NCBI GenBank assembly: GCA_002104945.1
Contig: MCFH01000035.1
Span: 496,001 to 560,000, forward strand
Length of the DNA: 64,000 nt
Source of the DNA: Piromyces finnis finn
Taxonomy: Eukaryota > Fungi > Neocallimastigomycota
Direction: 5' to 3'
Part shown: positions 11,195 through 25,800 of the stretch, one piece after another
Position numbering within the stretch: position 1 is the first letter of the stretch
Layout: each line of letters begins with the position of its first letter
Made by a program: the position numbers and the translations under genes
The notes under the pieces: model-generated
Told to the model about the DNA's origin: nothing
Databases searched by the model: none
The model's input: only the letters and a program-made list of their open reading frames with translations

Positions 11195-14100
11195 CCCTCT
11201 TGGGAACGTGCCTTCATTTATTTAATAAATGTAGTTTCTCAAGGGGGTCTACTCATGCTCATGGTACTGAGAGAGTAGAAAGAATTAAATCCAAGTATTG
11301 CGCAATGGATGCTTGGTTAGTCTTTAAGGGAAAATTATTAGGACTAAGCTCATGGTACTGAGCGATTAAAAAACATTTTATTCATCGAATTTAAGTATTT
11401 GATGAATAAGTGAATGTTTGATTTTCAGGTAAGTTTGTATAGTATTTAATTAGAAGAGTAATACATTTTGTTGCTGTATTTTTTCTTTTATTCATGTATT
11501 CATGTAGTACTACTCTTCTCTTGTAAGAATCCAATGTAGTCAACTTTAGCATTTGCATTGTATTTTTATATTCATGTAGCTATTGTTGTATTGTTTCTTG
11601 TAAGAGACTGATTCACTCTACATCATGTAAAAATACTATTCACAAGCTTTCTGGTGTCGACATTCTTGATTCAAATTTTTTACCAATTTAAATATTTAAT
11701 GAAAAGTAAAGTCAAACAAGTTTAGTGTCAAAAAGCGAATCGAATTTACTAACAACAAACCAAAACTAGAATTTTTAAAGAAAATTTACAACTAGAATTC
11801 AAAAAAAGAAACTTTAAACAAAGCATCGTAACAATTTTTGTACTATCCAGTACTTTTAAGAAGAGAGAGAGAGACAGATTTTTTTCCATATACGTTATAT
11901 TTATAATTTTTATTAGTATTTATTTTATATTCAATATTTTTTAATTAGAATTAATTATCATGTCAGTCCTTTATATTAAAGATAAGAATTATATCAGACG
12001 TGGTACCCGGTCTTATGGTATCCCCTTAGATGATATTCGCTCCTTCTTTATCCGTGGTATTCGATCATGGTCAGTAAATATGCTATGGGAAAAACTCGAG
12101 GTTATTCTAGAAGATAAATTTAATTCAGTTATTAGTGTTAAATATTTTCAGACTTTCAATGATCACTTTTTCTTAGTCAAGGTTCATGGTTCATCGAAAG
12201 ATTGTATTAAAATCTTACACATGTTAAAGAAGAAACTTTCAGTTACCTCAATTTCCTTTTCAGCTCGTAGTAGAAGGAATCACAAATACACTTTTTCCAC
12301 TCTCAAACGTAAAATTTTAGTTTCTAATAAACATCAACATTCTATTCAACAATCATTTCAACAATCAGTTCAACAATCTCATCAACAATCCGATCTTCAA
12401 CAAGATCTTCAACAAGTTTCCCATCATGAAAATATTCCAGATCTACAGCAAACACAATTTCAATCTCAACATTCAACAATTAATTCTAATAGTTCTATCA
12501 ACTCTGATAACAGTTCAATAGTTGATAGTTCTTCAGTTTCACAGCCATCTAGTAATAGTTCTACTTATTCCTCTGATGCATCATCCATTAATAACGATGG
12601 CTTTAATAATAATAATAATAGCAACGATTCTTCCTCATCCTCATCCAACAAGCCTGATAACTTTTCTTTTTGTCTTAGTTGGAACACCAATGGGTGGAAT
12701 CACGAAAAGAGAGATAGTATTAGCTATTTCACAGCTATTTTCAAACCATTATTTTTATGTTTCCAAGAAACTGGTAATGGTTCTGGATCGAATACAGATT
12801 ATCTTTGTCGTGTTACTTTGCGAAACTATAGACACTTTTTCAAGAAAGCTGACGAATCAGTTCCGGGAATGAGAGGTTTATATTTAGGTTTTCACAATTC
12901 GTGTCAAGCCTCACTTGAAAACTTCTCTGGAAAGTATATTATTTCTATTTATACTTTTAGTCTCTGGAATAGATTCAAATGCTCGATTGGAAATGTTTAT
13001 ATGCCTCATAGTCATCACAACATCTATGTTGATCATGCAAAGTTAGAAGTTCGCTTGTGGTTACAAACTCATTCATCCCATCCATCGATTCTTGTTGGTG
13101 ATTTTAATATGTCTAAAGTAAAATTATCCAACTGGTTATCAACTAATGGATTAGGAGATTGGGAAATTCTTCCGCTTAGAGGGTCTACTATCTCTTGGAC
13201 TCGAGGTGAACAATCTTCCGACATTGACCATGCTCTTATCAATTCGAAGATGAAAGATCTTATTCACTCAGCATCATTTATAAATAATTTTTATCCTGTA
13301 TCAGACCATAAGCCACTTCTTATTAATGGTAAAATTATTCCTATGGAAGATTTTTCTAATGACTTTAATGTTCCTAAGAAAATTCTGAAATGGGATAGAT
13401 TAAAATGTATTGAGGAAAAGGAATCTATTCTCAGTCATAATAAATTCCAAATTCTTTCAGCAAAATTCAACGATCCTAATGTTTCTACAGATGAACTTTC
13501 CAAAGAGTTTACTTCAACTGCTTTTTCAATTGCAGACGAGCTCAGTATTACCTCAGCAAATAATGTTATAAAGTCTTCATTTCATATTTCACAACAAATT
13601 TTTAATCTTCAAAAAATCAAAATGAAGTTGTATAAGAGATTTAAAAAAGAAAGAATTTATGATATAGATGAATTTATTAAAAGAATTAAAATCTACCGTA
13701 AGCTCATTGATTACATCCACAAAAGATGTAATGAATTTAGGAAGCAAGAATATCTTCATTGGATTAAAACAGGATGTGAGTATATGAAGAGTCATAATCC
13801 TAAGAAGGCCTGGAAATGGATCAAGAAAACTGCAAAAATTGGAAAAGATTCTTTCTTTATTGCTCAACCAATTAAAAATAAAAATGGAGAATTAGTTGTT
13901 GCTACGGAAGAACAACTAGATGTGTGGCATGATCATTTCGAAAAGCTTGCATCAGATCCAAGTGGTGTAAGTCTTGATTTGGAGCATTGGTATGAAGAAC
14001 CAACGAATAAACGTTTTTCACTTCCTATGCTTGATGAGTGGGATATCAACCAAGATATTAGTATTGATGAAGTCAAGTCAGCTATCCTCACTACTCCAAA

Positions 14101-16736
14101 TTATAAAGCATCAGGTCCGGATGGTATTCCAATTGAATTTTACAAAGCATTAATTCCATCAAGTAATGATTCTAATAATGCTACAGATAATAATTCTTCC
14201 GGTAATACTACTTCAGATAATGATGCTCATGGTTTAAATTTTATTCTTAAATTATTCAACCGTATTTGGGATGGAGATTTCCCCAACTCATGGAATGAAT
14301 CCATTATTGTTTCTATTCCTAAGAAGGGAGATTTGACAGATTGTGATAACTATCGAGGTATATCACTTATCAATAATGGTATTAAGTTGATTTCCAAAAT
14401 TGTCACCACTAGAATCTCAGAATATGGTCTAAAGAATAATTTCATTAGACCTGAACAATTTGGTTTTCGAAAAAAGGAAGAAAGTATTAGTCTTTTCATT
14501 TCAATCCAAGAAATATGCCGTAGACGTCAATTAGATAATAAAGAAACATATTTGGCCTTTTTAGATCTCAGGAAAGCATACGATTCAGTCCCAATCGGTA
14601 ATATTCTCCATAAATTAGATTGTTTAGGAATCCGAGGTAAGAGTTTACAATTCATCAAAAATTTATATTTAACATCTAAGGCTAATGTCAAATTAGATGG
14701 ACAATTCTCGAAATCTTTTGATGTGAAGAAAGGAGTCCGTCAAGGATGCCCACTTTCTCCTATTCTCTTTAATCTCTTTATTAATGATATATTTAAAGAG
14801 TGCGAAAATCTTGGAGTCAGTTTAGGTGACACTCGATGCTGTGGTGGACTTTTTGCAGATGATATAGTTATTTGTGCTCCAACAAGAGGATGCTTAAAAA
14901 AGATGCTTAGAAGAGTTAATGAATGGGCATTGTATAATGAAATGGAATTTGGTATCCAGAAATGTTCAACGATGGTGATTCGTCCTGAATCAATAGAAAA
15001 TCAGAACAAGAGAGATCCAACATTTTACTTAGCAGGACAACCCATTCCAACTACTGATTGTTACAATTATCTTGGTATTCCATTTTTATAAGAATCTGTC
15101 CCTTAAACCAGTTATTAAAACTCTTAATAACAAGGTTTTGAAAGGACTTTTCTCAGTCAGAAAATTCTTAAGAAATCCTAATATTCCTATTCCTTTCAAA
15201 AAGCTAGTACTTAACTCACAAGTGATTAGCAGAGTTTCATACTTTGCACCATTACTTGGATCCAACAAAGCTAGGTCTAGGATTGCTCAGAAGCATGTTA
15301 ACAAAGGAATACGATGGGTTGCCGGAGTTCATAAAGCTGTATCGTTTATATCTTTATACTCTATCTCAAAAGATTTGAATATTCCTCCATTGTCAGCCAA
15401 ATGTGCGTTAGCTCAGGTTAGATGTTTTAACAAATGGAAAAACTCAAATTGTATTATCTCACGCCTTGTCAATTACATTCCTAAATTTAGAAAATACACA
15501 TGGTGCAAATCAAGTAGGACACTTGATAAAAAACTAAAGAAGCATGGAGATATTAAAGCAATTAAAAACTTTTATTGGAAAGATCTCAAAGGGAATTCAA
15601 TCAAAGCGCAATATTATGATGATAATAAATTTATTGAAACTAAAGATTTTATTAAATTATGTTATGAGTACCCAGAGTTTGCCTATGGCTTCTACTGGCT
15701 ATTGAAAGCAAGAAACGGATACAAGTTGGATGCTAGAGTTGCCAAAGCTGCTAAATTTGTTGATCCAGTTTGTCCTAACTACTGTCCATGTTGCAAGTGT
15801 GGAGATCAAAGTATTAAACATTGGTTATTAGATTGTCCAACATTTAGAGATATCCGTATTAAACATTATGATTCCATAGTCCAGCTACTAAATTTTTTCA
15901 GCCAACGTAATTCCAATAGTCCTATCAATAATAATGAAATCAGTAGAGATAGCAATAACATTAATAGTAATAGTAACAATAGTAGTAATAATAATTACAA
16001 TAGTAATAGTAACAATAGTAATAGTAACAATAGTAATAATAGAAATAGTAATAATAACAATAGTAGTTATAGAAATAATAATACTAGTAATGATAGCAAT
16101 AGTGAAGATAATAATTCTAATTTAGATAGTAATTTAGTTAATGATAGTAATAGTTCTAATAATCCGGTGAATATTAATGTGTATGATTATTCTAGTGTGT
16201 GCAGTAAAATATTTAAATTCCTTCTTGGGGGAAGAAGTTTTAACAATATTAATTACAATTCAAGGGAATGGAAAGAACTTTGTAAGCATCAGATTCAATC
16301 TGGTACTAATGAAGGAACACCATTCTTGACGGTAACCGCGGAACTTCTAACCAAAATCATGCCTTTTGATATTGGCCAGCAATGGTCAATGTTCAAAAGG
16401 TTTGAAGCAACATCCAAGAGCGTCAATGCTGAAGAAACAGTAAGACAGGCCAGGAGGGCCAGCGCAACCAATGGAGATCATAATTTTGTTCCATGACAAA
16501 ATTTTGATCTTTGGCTCGGTGTCCCATTGGAAGTCAAATACAATTATTATACTTTAGTATGATAGTGGCTTTCTTACTTTAATTAAAATTACTAGAATAC
16601 ATTATACCCAATTTTTATTCATTTGTGTTTATTTAAACATATTTTTTTTATTTTTATTTTTATTTTTTAATTTTTTATTACATGTATTATAATTTTAATT
16701 AAATTAATAATAAAGTTTATAATATTTGATGCCGTT

Positions 16737-16762
<26 letters not shown>
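11195..16762 (+). mobile_element. Full-length LINE, copy 2 (same family)
   Basis: Same 5' start (CCCTCTTGGG), same 3' UTR, poly(A) at 16737-16762. TSD TTTTAAATTTCTTGTTGAGA at 11164-11183 and 16763-16782. 11 extra nt (11184-11194) at the 5' junction. Confidence 0.95.
11960..16496 (+). pseudogene. LINE polyprotein split by a +1 frameshift near 15083-15087
   Basis: ORFs 11960-15091 and 15072-16496 together match the copy 1 protein. CCATTTGATAAG in copy 1 reads CCATTTTTATAAG here. A homopolymer sequencing error cannot be excluded. Confidence 0.8.
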
Positions 16763-16769
<7 letters not shown>

Positions 16770-17209
16770 TTTCTTGTTGAGAGAAGTGTGTAGTGTTATT
16801 TTTATATAATTCATACTTTAAAACTTCTTATACTTTAGATTATCATTTTTGTATATATAAACCTCTATCTTATATTATTGGTACCTTTAATAATTAAAAT
16901 AAATATTTATGTTAATACCATTTAGTCACCACAATTTTTTTTTCAATGTTACTTTTAAAAATTTATTTAAATTTTATATTTAATTAAAATCTTTGTAATA
17001 TAAGAATGTTAAATTTTTTTTTTTTTATTATTATTTTTTTTAATTTTAAAATTCCTTGATTTTGGAATAAACATTTTTTTTTTTTTTTTTAAGAAATTTT
17101 AAAAAAGAAAACAATTTATATTACAAGATATATTAAAACCTATTATTTATAGGAATCATCATAATATATATTGTAAATAAAGAATCTTTTATTAATATTC
17201 ATAAATATT

Positions 17210-17879
17210 ATGTCTGAAAAAAGTAAATTTATTAGAAAGTCAACCATTTTATTTTATATATATTTAAATTACAAATAAATAACAATGACTGATAAATATT
17301 ATTTATAATGTAATTATCTATTTATAATGTTTTATAAAGTTATTGTACGTTTTCGGGCTGTTGGTGATGCACCATTATTAAAATCACCTGTATTTAAAGT
17401 TGATGGCAATAAAGAATTTAGTACACTTATAAATGGACTAAAAATTAAACTTAAGCAGTGTTCAAATTTGGTAAGTTTACTTTTTTTTGTCATAATAAAG
17501 TTTTATTCATTTATTTGATATTGTTCGTTAAATATCTATATTTTTAAATTAATAATTAAATATAATTTTACATTTCATTTTTAGCATTTTTATATAAATA
17601 ATAGTTTTTCACCTTCGCCTGACGAAATTATCAACAACTTATATAAAGTAAAATAAAATAAATAAATAAAAGTAAAAATTAAATAAAATAAAAAGAATAG
17701 CTAGTTATATTAATTAATATAGATATATAGATATAATTTAATATATTTACTAAAAAAATAAAATGTTTTTTATCTAAACATTAAATTTATTATTTCTATT
17801 CTGCAAAAAAAAAAAAAAGTGCTTTGGTTCTGGTGGTGAATTACAGGTCAATTATGCTAATATGCCTGCCTATGGTTAA
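17210..17879 (+). CDS. ATG12: Ubiquitin-like autophagy protein Atg12 (4 exons, about 88 aa)
   Basis: Exons 17210-17222, 17340-17470, 17585-17647, 17820-17879 with GT-AG introns. They give IVRFRAVGDAPLLK...FYINNSFSPSPDE...LQVNYANMPAYG*, ending in the conjugating Gly. Confidence 0.9.
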
Positions 17880-18501
17880 ATGGAATATAAATATTTTTTT
17901 TTTTCATATTTCAATTATTCGTAATATTGAAATTATATACCAAATTTCTTTTATAGAAAAAAAAAAATTAAAAAAATGTTTATTTAAGAACTATATATAT
18001 ATAAAACAACTATCTTATTTTTGTTGTAATTACTTAATATAATAATACATATTTATAAAATTTTATAAAGATTCCAATATATTATAAATATCTATTATAT
18101 ATCAAAAGAATTAAAAGAAGAAAAATAAAAAAGAAACCTTTGAAAATAATCCTTTATATATATTTTAAATAAAAATAACAAAACAACGAACTTATTAATA
18201 TTAGGTTAAATGGATATCTATAGTAATAAAATTAAGTAATCCTAAAATATAACAAATAAAATAATAATATAGTTTTACTAGTATAGAGTATATGGAATAA
18301 TTATTTTTTTTTTTTTTTTGAAAATTTTTTTTTAAATATTAATTAGAGTATAAAAACTGTAAATTTAATTATCCTAAAAATTTTTAATTTTTATCATTCT
18401 TTCTTATTTTATTGTGTGTGTTAACAATAAATATTGAAGATAGAAATATATATATATATAAAAAAAAAAAAGAAGTAGTAAAATAAAATATTGTTAAACA
18501 T

Positions 18502-19335
18502 ATGTATGGAAATGATAAAGATATATTAGAAATAATAAAAAGGAATGATATAACTCTTCTTCAACAATTTATTTTAGAAAATAATATTTCTTTAAATGAT
18601 ATAGATAATTATAATAGTTTTCATATTTTAGCATATGCTATAGAACAAAACGTATCTATTGATATAATTCAAATCATCATTAAACAATGCGAGGGAAAGA
18701 ATATTAGTTACTATGAAAATGAGTTTTATATTGGTATTCAGGATTCTCCTCTTTTTATGGCCATTTCAAAAAATAATTTTAGAGTTGCTTCTCTTTTAAT
18801 AAAAAGAAATCTAGATATTTTTAGTGACAATTTTGAATTCATTTTAAACTATTTACTAGAATATAATTTGTTAAACAAAAAAAATTTGAAATATCTTTTG
18901 ACAGTTGTTTCAGACGCCAATATATGGGATAATTTTATATTGGAGTTAATTTTGTCTTCTATCGATAAGAATACCAAACAGATTGTTGGATTTTTGAAAA
19001 TCATTTTTAATTATTATATTTTTAATAATACTTTTATTTTAAAACTTTTAACAATATATAAAAATAAGAGGTCATTGACGACTTCTCAATTAAGTTCTAT
19101 TATTACTAGTAATAATAACAGAGTTACAGTTAGAGATAATTATTATAAAGAAGCTATTTGCTATGGTGCTGAATCTCTAATTGAAATTTTATTAAAATAT
19201 GATAAAAGAGAACATAATATTCTTTTAAAAAAAATTAATGAATATAAAAAAATAGAGACTATAATGGAAGATGGTTTAAAGGACGAGAGACTTTTTTATG
19301 AGGAATTATTAGGAGGAAGGATGAATTTTTTTTAA
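18502..19335 (+). CDS. Ankyrin-repeat-like protein (paralogue 1)
   Basis: 277-aa ORF with SPLFMAISKNNFRVASLLIKRNLDI, an ankyrin-type repeat. Similar to 20134-21162. Confidence 0.7.
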   Translation: MYGNDKDILEIIKRNDITLLQQFILENNISLNDIDNYNSFHILAYAIEQNVSIDIIQIIIKQCEGKNISYYENEFYIGIQDSPLFMAISKNNFRVASLLIKRNLDIFSDNFEFILNYLLEYNLLNKKNLKYLLTVVSDANIWDNFILELILSSIDKNTKQIVGFLKIIFNYYIFNNTFILKLLTIYKNKRSLTTSQLSSIITSNNNRVTVRDNYYKEAICYGAESLIEILLKYDKREHNILLKKINEYKKIETIMEDGLKDERLFYEELLGGRMNFF

Positions 19336-19584
19336 GTAGAAAATAATAAATACAAACACAATAACTTTTTTAATTCAATAATTAGTTAACATCATCATAT
19401 ATAATGGAATAGAAGATATATATATATTTATTTTTTATTTATTGAATATTAATTATTAAAATTTTGAATAACTCATTAACATCGGAACTTTTATAGAGTA
19501 AAATATGTTTCAAAAAATAATTTTTTTAAATATATATAAAATATATCATATTATTTTATGTTTATATCTTATTTAATATACCTC

Positions 19585-19617
<33 letters not shown>

Positions 19618-20133
19618 TTCATCAATTTCATATTTTATAAATAACTAATTAAATGGATATATAATTTTTTTTATTATGTAAACTATATTTTTTTTAAGTT
19701 TTTTAAAAAGGCATGATTTAGAAAAAAAAATAAAAGCATATATATATATATGTATTTTAAAAAAAAAGGATGTATTTATTATATATTCTTTTTTTTTTAT
19801 TATATATTTTATCTTTTAATAGTGAATACTCATTACCTTTAACCATTTTAATTTTTATCTTATTTTATTAAAGATATACCTTTTTTTTAATACCATTATT
19901 AAAATTCTAACAAATAAGATTTAAGAAAAAAAAAATTAATAAATTAAATGTAGATATAACTTTTGAAAAGTATTCATGAGATTTAAAAAATAAAAAAATA
20001 AATTTGAGATTTGTAAATAGTGTACATTCATTTCATTTATTATTTAAATAAAAAAAAAAAGTTTTTTTTTTTTTAACAAGGTTTTTATTGTTAATAATAA
20101 TATTAATTTATATCAAAATAATCATTGTAATAT

Positions 20134-21162
20134 ATGAATAAAGCTATGGTTGAAATGGAAAATGATTTTATCACTCTTATTAATAAAAATAATGTAACAG
20201 ATTTAAAAGAGTATTTTAAGGAAAAAAATTTTACTTTAAATGAATTTTATGACTTGATTGAAAAAAACAAACAATCAATAAAACAGTATATAAAAAGTTA
20301 TAATGATGCCTCACATGACATAATAACATTTTTAAAAAAATTTGTGGAAGAAAAGAGAAAAATAATAATTGAAATTTTAAAAAATGATAATTTAACAGAG
20401 CTTAAGCAATATATAATAGAAAATAATATTTCACTAAAAGCCTATAATACCAAAGATTTTGATCTTTTACTTACTTCTATTGAAAATAATGTTTCAATGG
20501 AAGTCATAAATTATATTATTCAACAATGTCAATATACCACTTTTAATTATACTGTAGATAATCGTTCTATAAATATCTTACAAAGAACACCACTATTTTC
20601 AGCTATTATAAAAAACAATTTCCCAATTGCAAAATTACTAATAGACCATGGTGCTGATATTAATAGTAGTAATGGGGATATACTATACTATTTATATTAT
20701 TTAGACTTGATGGAAACAAGAAATTTAAAGTTTATACTAAATCATGGAATAAAATTAGATAATGTTCTTGAATTTATTTCCTTTATGATAAAAGATTCTC
20801 CATATACTATACAAAATATACCAGACCTTTTGAAAGTCATTATATCTCATTATATATATAGTAATTCTCTTATTATGACATTTCTCTTAAAATATAAAAA
20901 CAAAATACCCTTATCTACATATAAAATTCAAGAAGAAATAGAAAATGAGGTAAATAAAGTTATTAAAGATCAATTTTATAGAGAAGCTGTATATTATGAA
21001 TTTGAAGATGGAATTAAATTGTTTCTCGGAAGTGATGTTAGAAATAAAACTGAAATTTTTAATAAAATAAAAGAATATAAAAAATTTGGTACTTATTCCG
21101 AAGAAAATGAAGAAGGAAGTGATAAAGAAGAAGAAGAAAGAGAAGAAATAAATGAGAATTAA
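20134..21162 (+). CDS. Ankyrin-repeat-like protein (paralogue 2)
   Basis: 342-aa ORF with TPLFSAIIKNNFPIAKLLIDHGADIN. Shares FIxENNISL and other blocks with paralogue 1. Confidence 0.75.
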   Translation: MNKAMVEMENDFITLINKNNVTDLKEYFKEKNFTLNEFYDLIEKNKQSIKQYIKSYNDASHDIITFLKKFVEEKRKIIIEILKNDNLTELKQYIIENNISLKAYNTKDFDLLLTSIENNVSMEVINYIIQQCQYTTFNYTVDNRSINILQRTPLFSAIIKNNFPIAKLLIDHGADINSSNGDILYYLYYLDLMETRNLKFILNHGIKLDNVLEFISFMIKDSPYTIQNIPDLLKVIISHYIYSNSLIMTFLLKYKNKIPLSTYKIQEEIENEVNKVIKDQFYREAVYYEFEDGIKLFLGSDVRNKTEIFNKIKEYKKFGTYSEENEEGSDKEEEEREEINEN

Positions 21163-21713
21163 TATAAATACCTGAAATATAATTAGTTATTGAATATGGT
21201 TTAAAGGAAAAACTTTTATAAGAATCATAAACTTTTCTTTTTTTTAAAAAAAATACCCTTTTCAATTGATTAAATATTATTCTTTCTTGTAAAAACTAAA
21301 CATTTTGAACATAGCCAAATATTTATAATAAAATTTGTAAAATTTTAAATTTTAAATTTTAAATTTTAGATTTTAAATTTGAATTTATTAGTACTATATC
21401 AATTCTTTATATATATGTAAATGATTGATGCAAATATTCCCTTTTTTTTTTTAATTATTCATTTAATATAAAATGTTTATTCTAAAGTTTTCGGAAATAA
21501 TCTTAATTTTAGGGTTTTTCTATTCCCACCACCATTTTTATTTTCCTCTACAATACAATTAAAAAATATTTGAAAATTTTGATATTAAAATTAAAAATTT
21601 TGTGGAAAATAGAACTTTATGTTTATTAAAAATAATAATAATAATTTATTGGTTAAAAAGATGTGAGAAAAAATGAATTTGTTTGATGAATGAACCATAA
21701 AATCAAATCAAAA

Positions 21714-21747
<34 letters not shown>

Positions 21748-22866
21748 GATAGATATATAGATATATGAATCAAAGTCTGAAAAAGAATTGCTTAGTAGAA
21801 GCAGTAATATCATTATATTCCTTTTTTTTTTATCTCTATTATATATAAAACAAGTAAAAAAAAAAAAAAAAAAAAACATTTTATTTATTATAATATTTTA
21901 AATATTTTTTTTTCTATTTATATTATTTATAAACTATCTTTTAATTAAATGAACTTTTTTAGTTAATTATTTATTTATATATAGAAATAAAATTTAGAAA
22001 TTTAATTTTTTATTATGAAGAATGAACTAATAAAAACAAACCTTTTATTATTATTATCATTATTATTATGTTACTTTAAAATAAACTTTTTTTTCTCATT
22101 TTTCTTTTTTTTTTTAATAGAAGGTTAATTTTTAATATAATTTATTTACTCATATAATAATACATTCATTTAATTACTTAATATATGATAGTAATTTATT
22201 TAATCTAATATTAATAAATTTATTAAATTAATTTAAAATTCAATAAATAAAAAATAAAAATAAAAAAATTATAATTAAAGATAAAAAGAATAACAATACT
22301 AGAAGAGAAGGGATTTTACTTTGATTTCATTATTATTATTCATATTTTCAATCATTATAATATATTTTAATTAAAGAAAAAAAATAAATATATTCATTAT
22401 TCATCTAATAAAAATAAAGAAGAAAGCAAATCTTTAAATTTTGTTTCATTTGGCTAAATAAATTGATTTAACCAATATATATATAATTATAAGTTTTTTT
22501 TTTCTTTTTTTTTTAAAAAAAAAAAAAATCAATTATAACAGAAAATATCTTTTTAATATAAAATATTTAAAAAGAGAGAAATACACATAGTAAATATTTT
22601 TTATAATTTAGTTATTTCGAAATTTCTTTTAATGATAAATATATCCATTAATAAATAAATTTAGTAGATTGGGTTACATAATTTCTTTATATTATTATTT
22701 GTTTATAAAAAATACTTTTTTTTTTTTAATTCCAAAATTTAAAAAATTGTATATATTTTATCGTATAAATTTTATCTATTAAATTATTCAGCATACTTTA
22801 TAAAGATAACTATTATATAAGAAAAAAAAATAATATCAACTATATATATATATTAATAAGAGAAAG

Positions 22867-25800
22867 ATGAATAATAGATTAAAAATTAATTTAATAAAAG
22901 AAAGAACCTTACAAAGAAAAAATGAAATAGAAGGAAAACAAAATTCAAGTGCTGAAACAACAATTTTTTCAAATAATAATAATAGAGTATTTTCCCCAAC
23001 CCAAAATAATAAAGAACAATACTATCAAGAATTTAATCAATACCCACAAAATGTTGATACGAACTTACTAAATAGACCTTCAAATAATATTAACGAAAAC
23101 TTTGTAAGACCAGAAGGTCAAGAAATAACCAGTCCAATGCAACCCATTAATCCTTATGAAGCATATTCTTATCAACAACAACAACAGCAACAACAACAAA
23201 TTTCATCATTCACAAATAAACCTACAGTAAGTATATCAACTTCATTTTTCACTTTTAATTGAATTAAAAATTACATTTCATAACATATTAAGAATTAGAA
23301 TTTATATTTAATACTTATAATAGTAACGATAATATTTAGAATACATTATATTCTCCTAAAAAATAATAATAATAAATTAAATTAATAATAGATAAATAAA
23401 TATAGACAAAAATAATTAAAGTATAGTAAAAAAAAAAATTACTAATTAAATTTATTTTAAATTTACAATTATATTATATTATATTATATTATATTATATT
23501 ATATTATATAAATATATATTATTGAAAAAAAAATCATTATATAATAATAATAACAACAATAAAAAAGGAAACATCAAATATAAAGCAACAGCGACAAAAA
23601 GCAATTGCTACATTAAGAAAAAGGGTAGAAAAAAACTCACCTATTGAATCTCCACCTGGACTTACCACAAATGTATTTCCACAAAATAATTCTATGCAAA
23701 ATATGGATAAAAATATATTTGATAGAACCAATAATGTTGTAAATATACCAATAATGCCCATGTCTAATAATGGTATTTTTGAAAAAGAGTTCACTTATAA
23801 TAATTCAGCACAACAAAATTCAAATCAACAATATATAATTAATAATGATAACCCAGTTTATTTGGATACTAATAATGTAATGATTCAACAAAATCTTATG
23901 CCTTCTTCTCCTATCACAAATAATAATGAATTGAAGAGTAAATTTGACAATAAAAATCCTTTGGCAATATTATCAAGAAGAATTGAGAAATCAAAAATGG
24001 ATCATCAGGAAAAGAATAAAATGGAAATAATGGATCAAAGAAAGCAATCTCTTCAAATCCTTGAAAATCGTACGAATGAACGTATGTATAATCATAATAC
24101 CAATAATACAAATGATAAAGCATTCGATTTTTTTCAACAACACAAAAATAATGCAATGTATACTCCACAAAAATATTCACCGCCTTTAAATAATGGTATT
24201 AATAATGGATTTCAAAACCCAACCCTCTATTCAAATCAATTAAATGGTATTGAAAGAAATGATTCATTTTCGTCTAATTCATCTATTCCTCGTGAAGGAA
24301 GTGGTGATATACCAACTTCTCCATATGATCAATATTCATCATTTTCTATGAATTCTCGAGTATCCTCTGTTGATAGTTCCCGCATGTCATCCTTAATGCT
24401 TCCTGAAGCTAATAATATGGCAAGATATTCCTCACTATCCTCATCATCAAGATTTGGTTCTAATAATTTTATAGAAGAGCCTCAACTTTTTAATAATGAC
24501 TACAATTCATTTTCACCTCAATTGTATTATCAACAACAGCCGTTACCTAATTCATCAAAGTCAATTATTCCTTCTCAGCGTGTTCCTGCACAACGTGTTT
24601 CCTCATTAAATTATTCTCAAGATGATATTCCTCAATTAGGTGCTATTGGTAATCCAATCAATAAAATAAATAATTCATCGAAATCGAATAACATTAGCCC
24701 AATAGCAACTACAACTACAACAAACCTATTAAATCCTATCCTTAATAATTCACCTGTTGAACCTGAACAAAATATACGACAGAACGCTATTAATACATTA
24801 TTAAGACGAATTAAGAATAATGATGGAATGACATCTCCAACTAATATAACTTCTTCACCTTCTCAAAGAATAAATGCAGATAATATATATAATAACAATA
24901 ATAGCAATAATAATTATAATAATAATAATCATTCATATGGTACTTTAAATCATTATAGTAAGTAATATTAAATTTCAAAATAATAGTACTAATAGCATAT
25001 ATTATTGTAATGTAATTAAATATAATTTTAAATTTAAGTTTTTAATTCATATTAAATTATTTAAAAAAAAATATTAATAACTATTATATTTTTTATACCA
25101 AAATATTTGTTTTATAACCTTTCATTCTATTTTTTTATTAATTCTATCGTAATATAATATTACTTATTTCTTATTAATATTTGGTAACCCTATACAAACC
25201 GATACCATCACGTCTGTTTAAATAAAAAAAATTCACTCTACGTATACTATTAATCTACATTATTTTAAAAATAAAAACAATATAATTTCTTTTTTCTTTT
25301 TAATTACAAATAGACAATAACAATATTAGTAATAATAATGATAATAAAGAGGAAGATAACAATAAGAAACATGATGAAATTAGAAAAAATTTGTTTGCAA
25401 AATTAAATAATAGAATAAATATCGCAAATAAAGAATCCTCATCCTCACCACTACGAAAACTTTCCAATGAAAATAGTCCAACACAAAATAATAGTAATGG
25501 TATCAACAATATTAGTTCAAATGAAAATATGACAAGTGAAGAAAAAGCAAAGGTTCGAAAATCTGTTATAAATATTATTGGTATGAGAACAAAAAAGAAT
25601 GAATCGAATCATGAAAACCCTCAAAATAATATTTTAAATATACCATTAAAACCTTTCGAAAGAAAATTTATTTGTAAGCTCAAAGTCAATCAAATTTTAA
25701 ATTTGGCAATGGCTAAAAAACGTTATATTTTTGTTTTTAACGATGCTTTATTTTTATGCAAGGGTATTCGACAAGATCATGTTGTAAAATATCAAATTAA

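Noticed and set aside
6690-16125. Short alternative-frame and antisense ORFs inside the LINE copies (6690-7034, 7751-8029, 9229-9465, 12522-12872, 13589-13867, 15086-15268, 15934-16125)
   Set aside because: They are shadows of the main ORF and its low-complexity tracts. Their recurrence simply reflects copy identity.
25181-25230. GC-richer islet in Sec7 intron 2 as a micro-exon
   Set aside because: No convincing AG/GT pair, and the flanking exons already join in frame.
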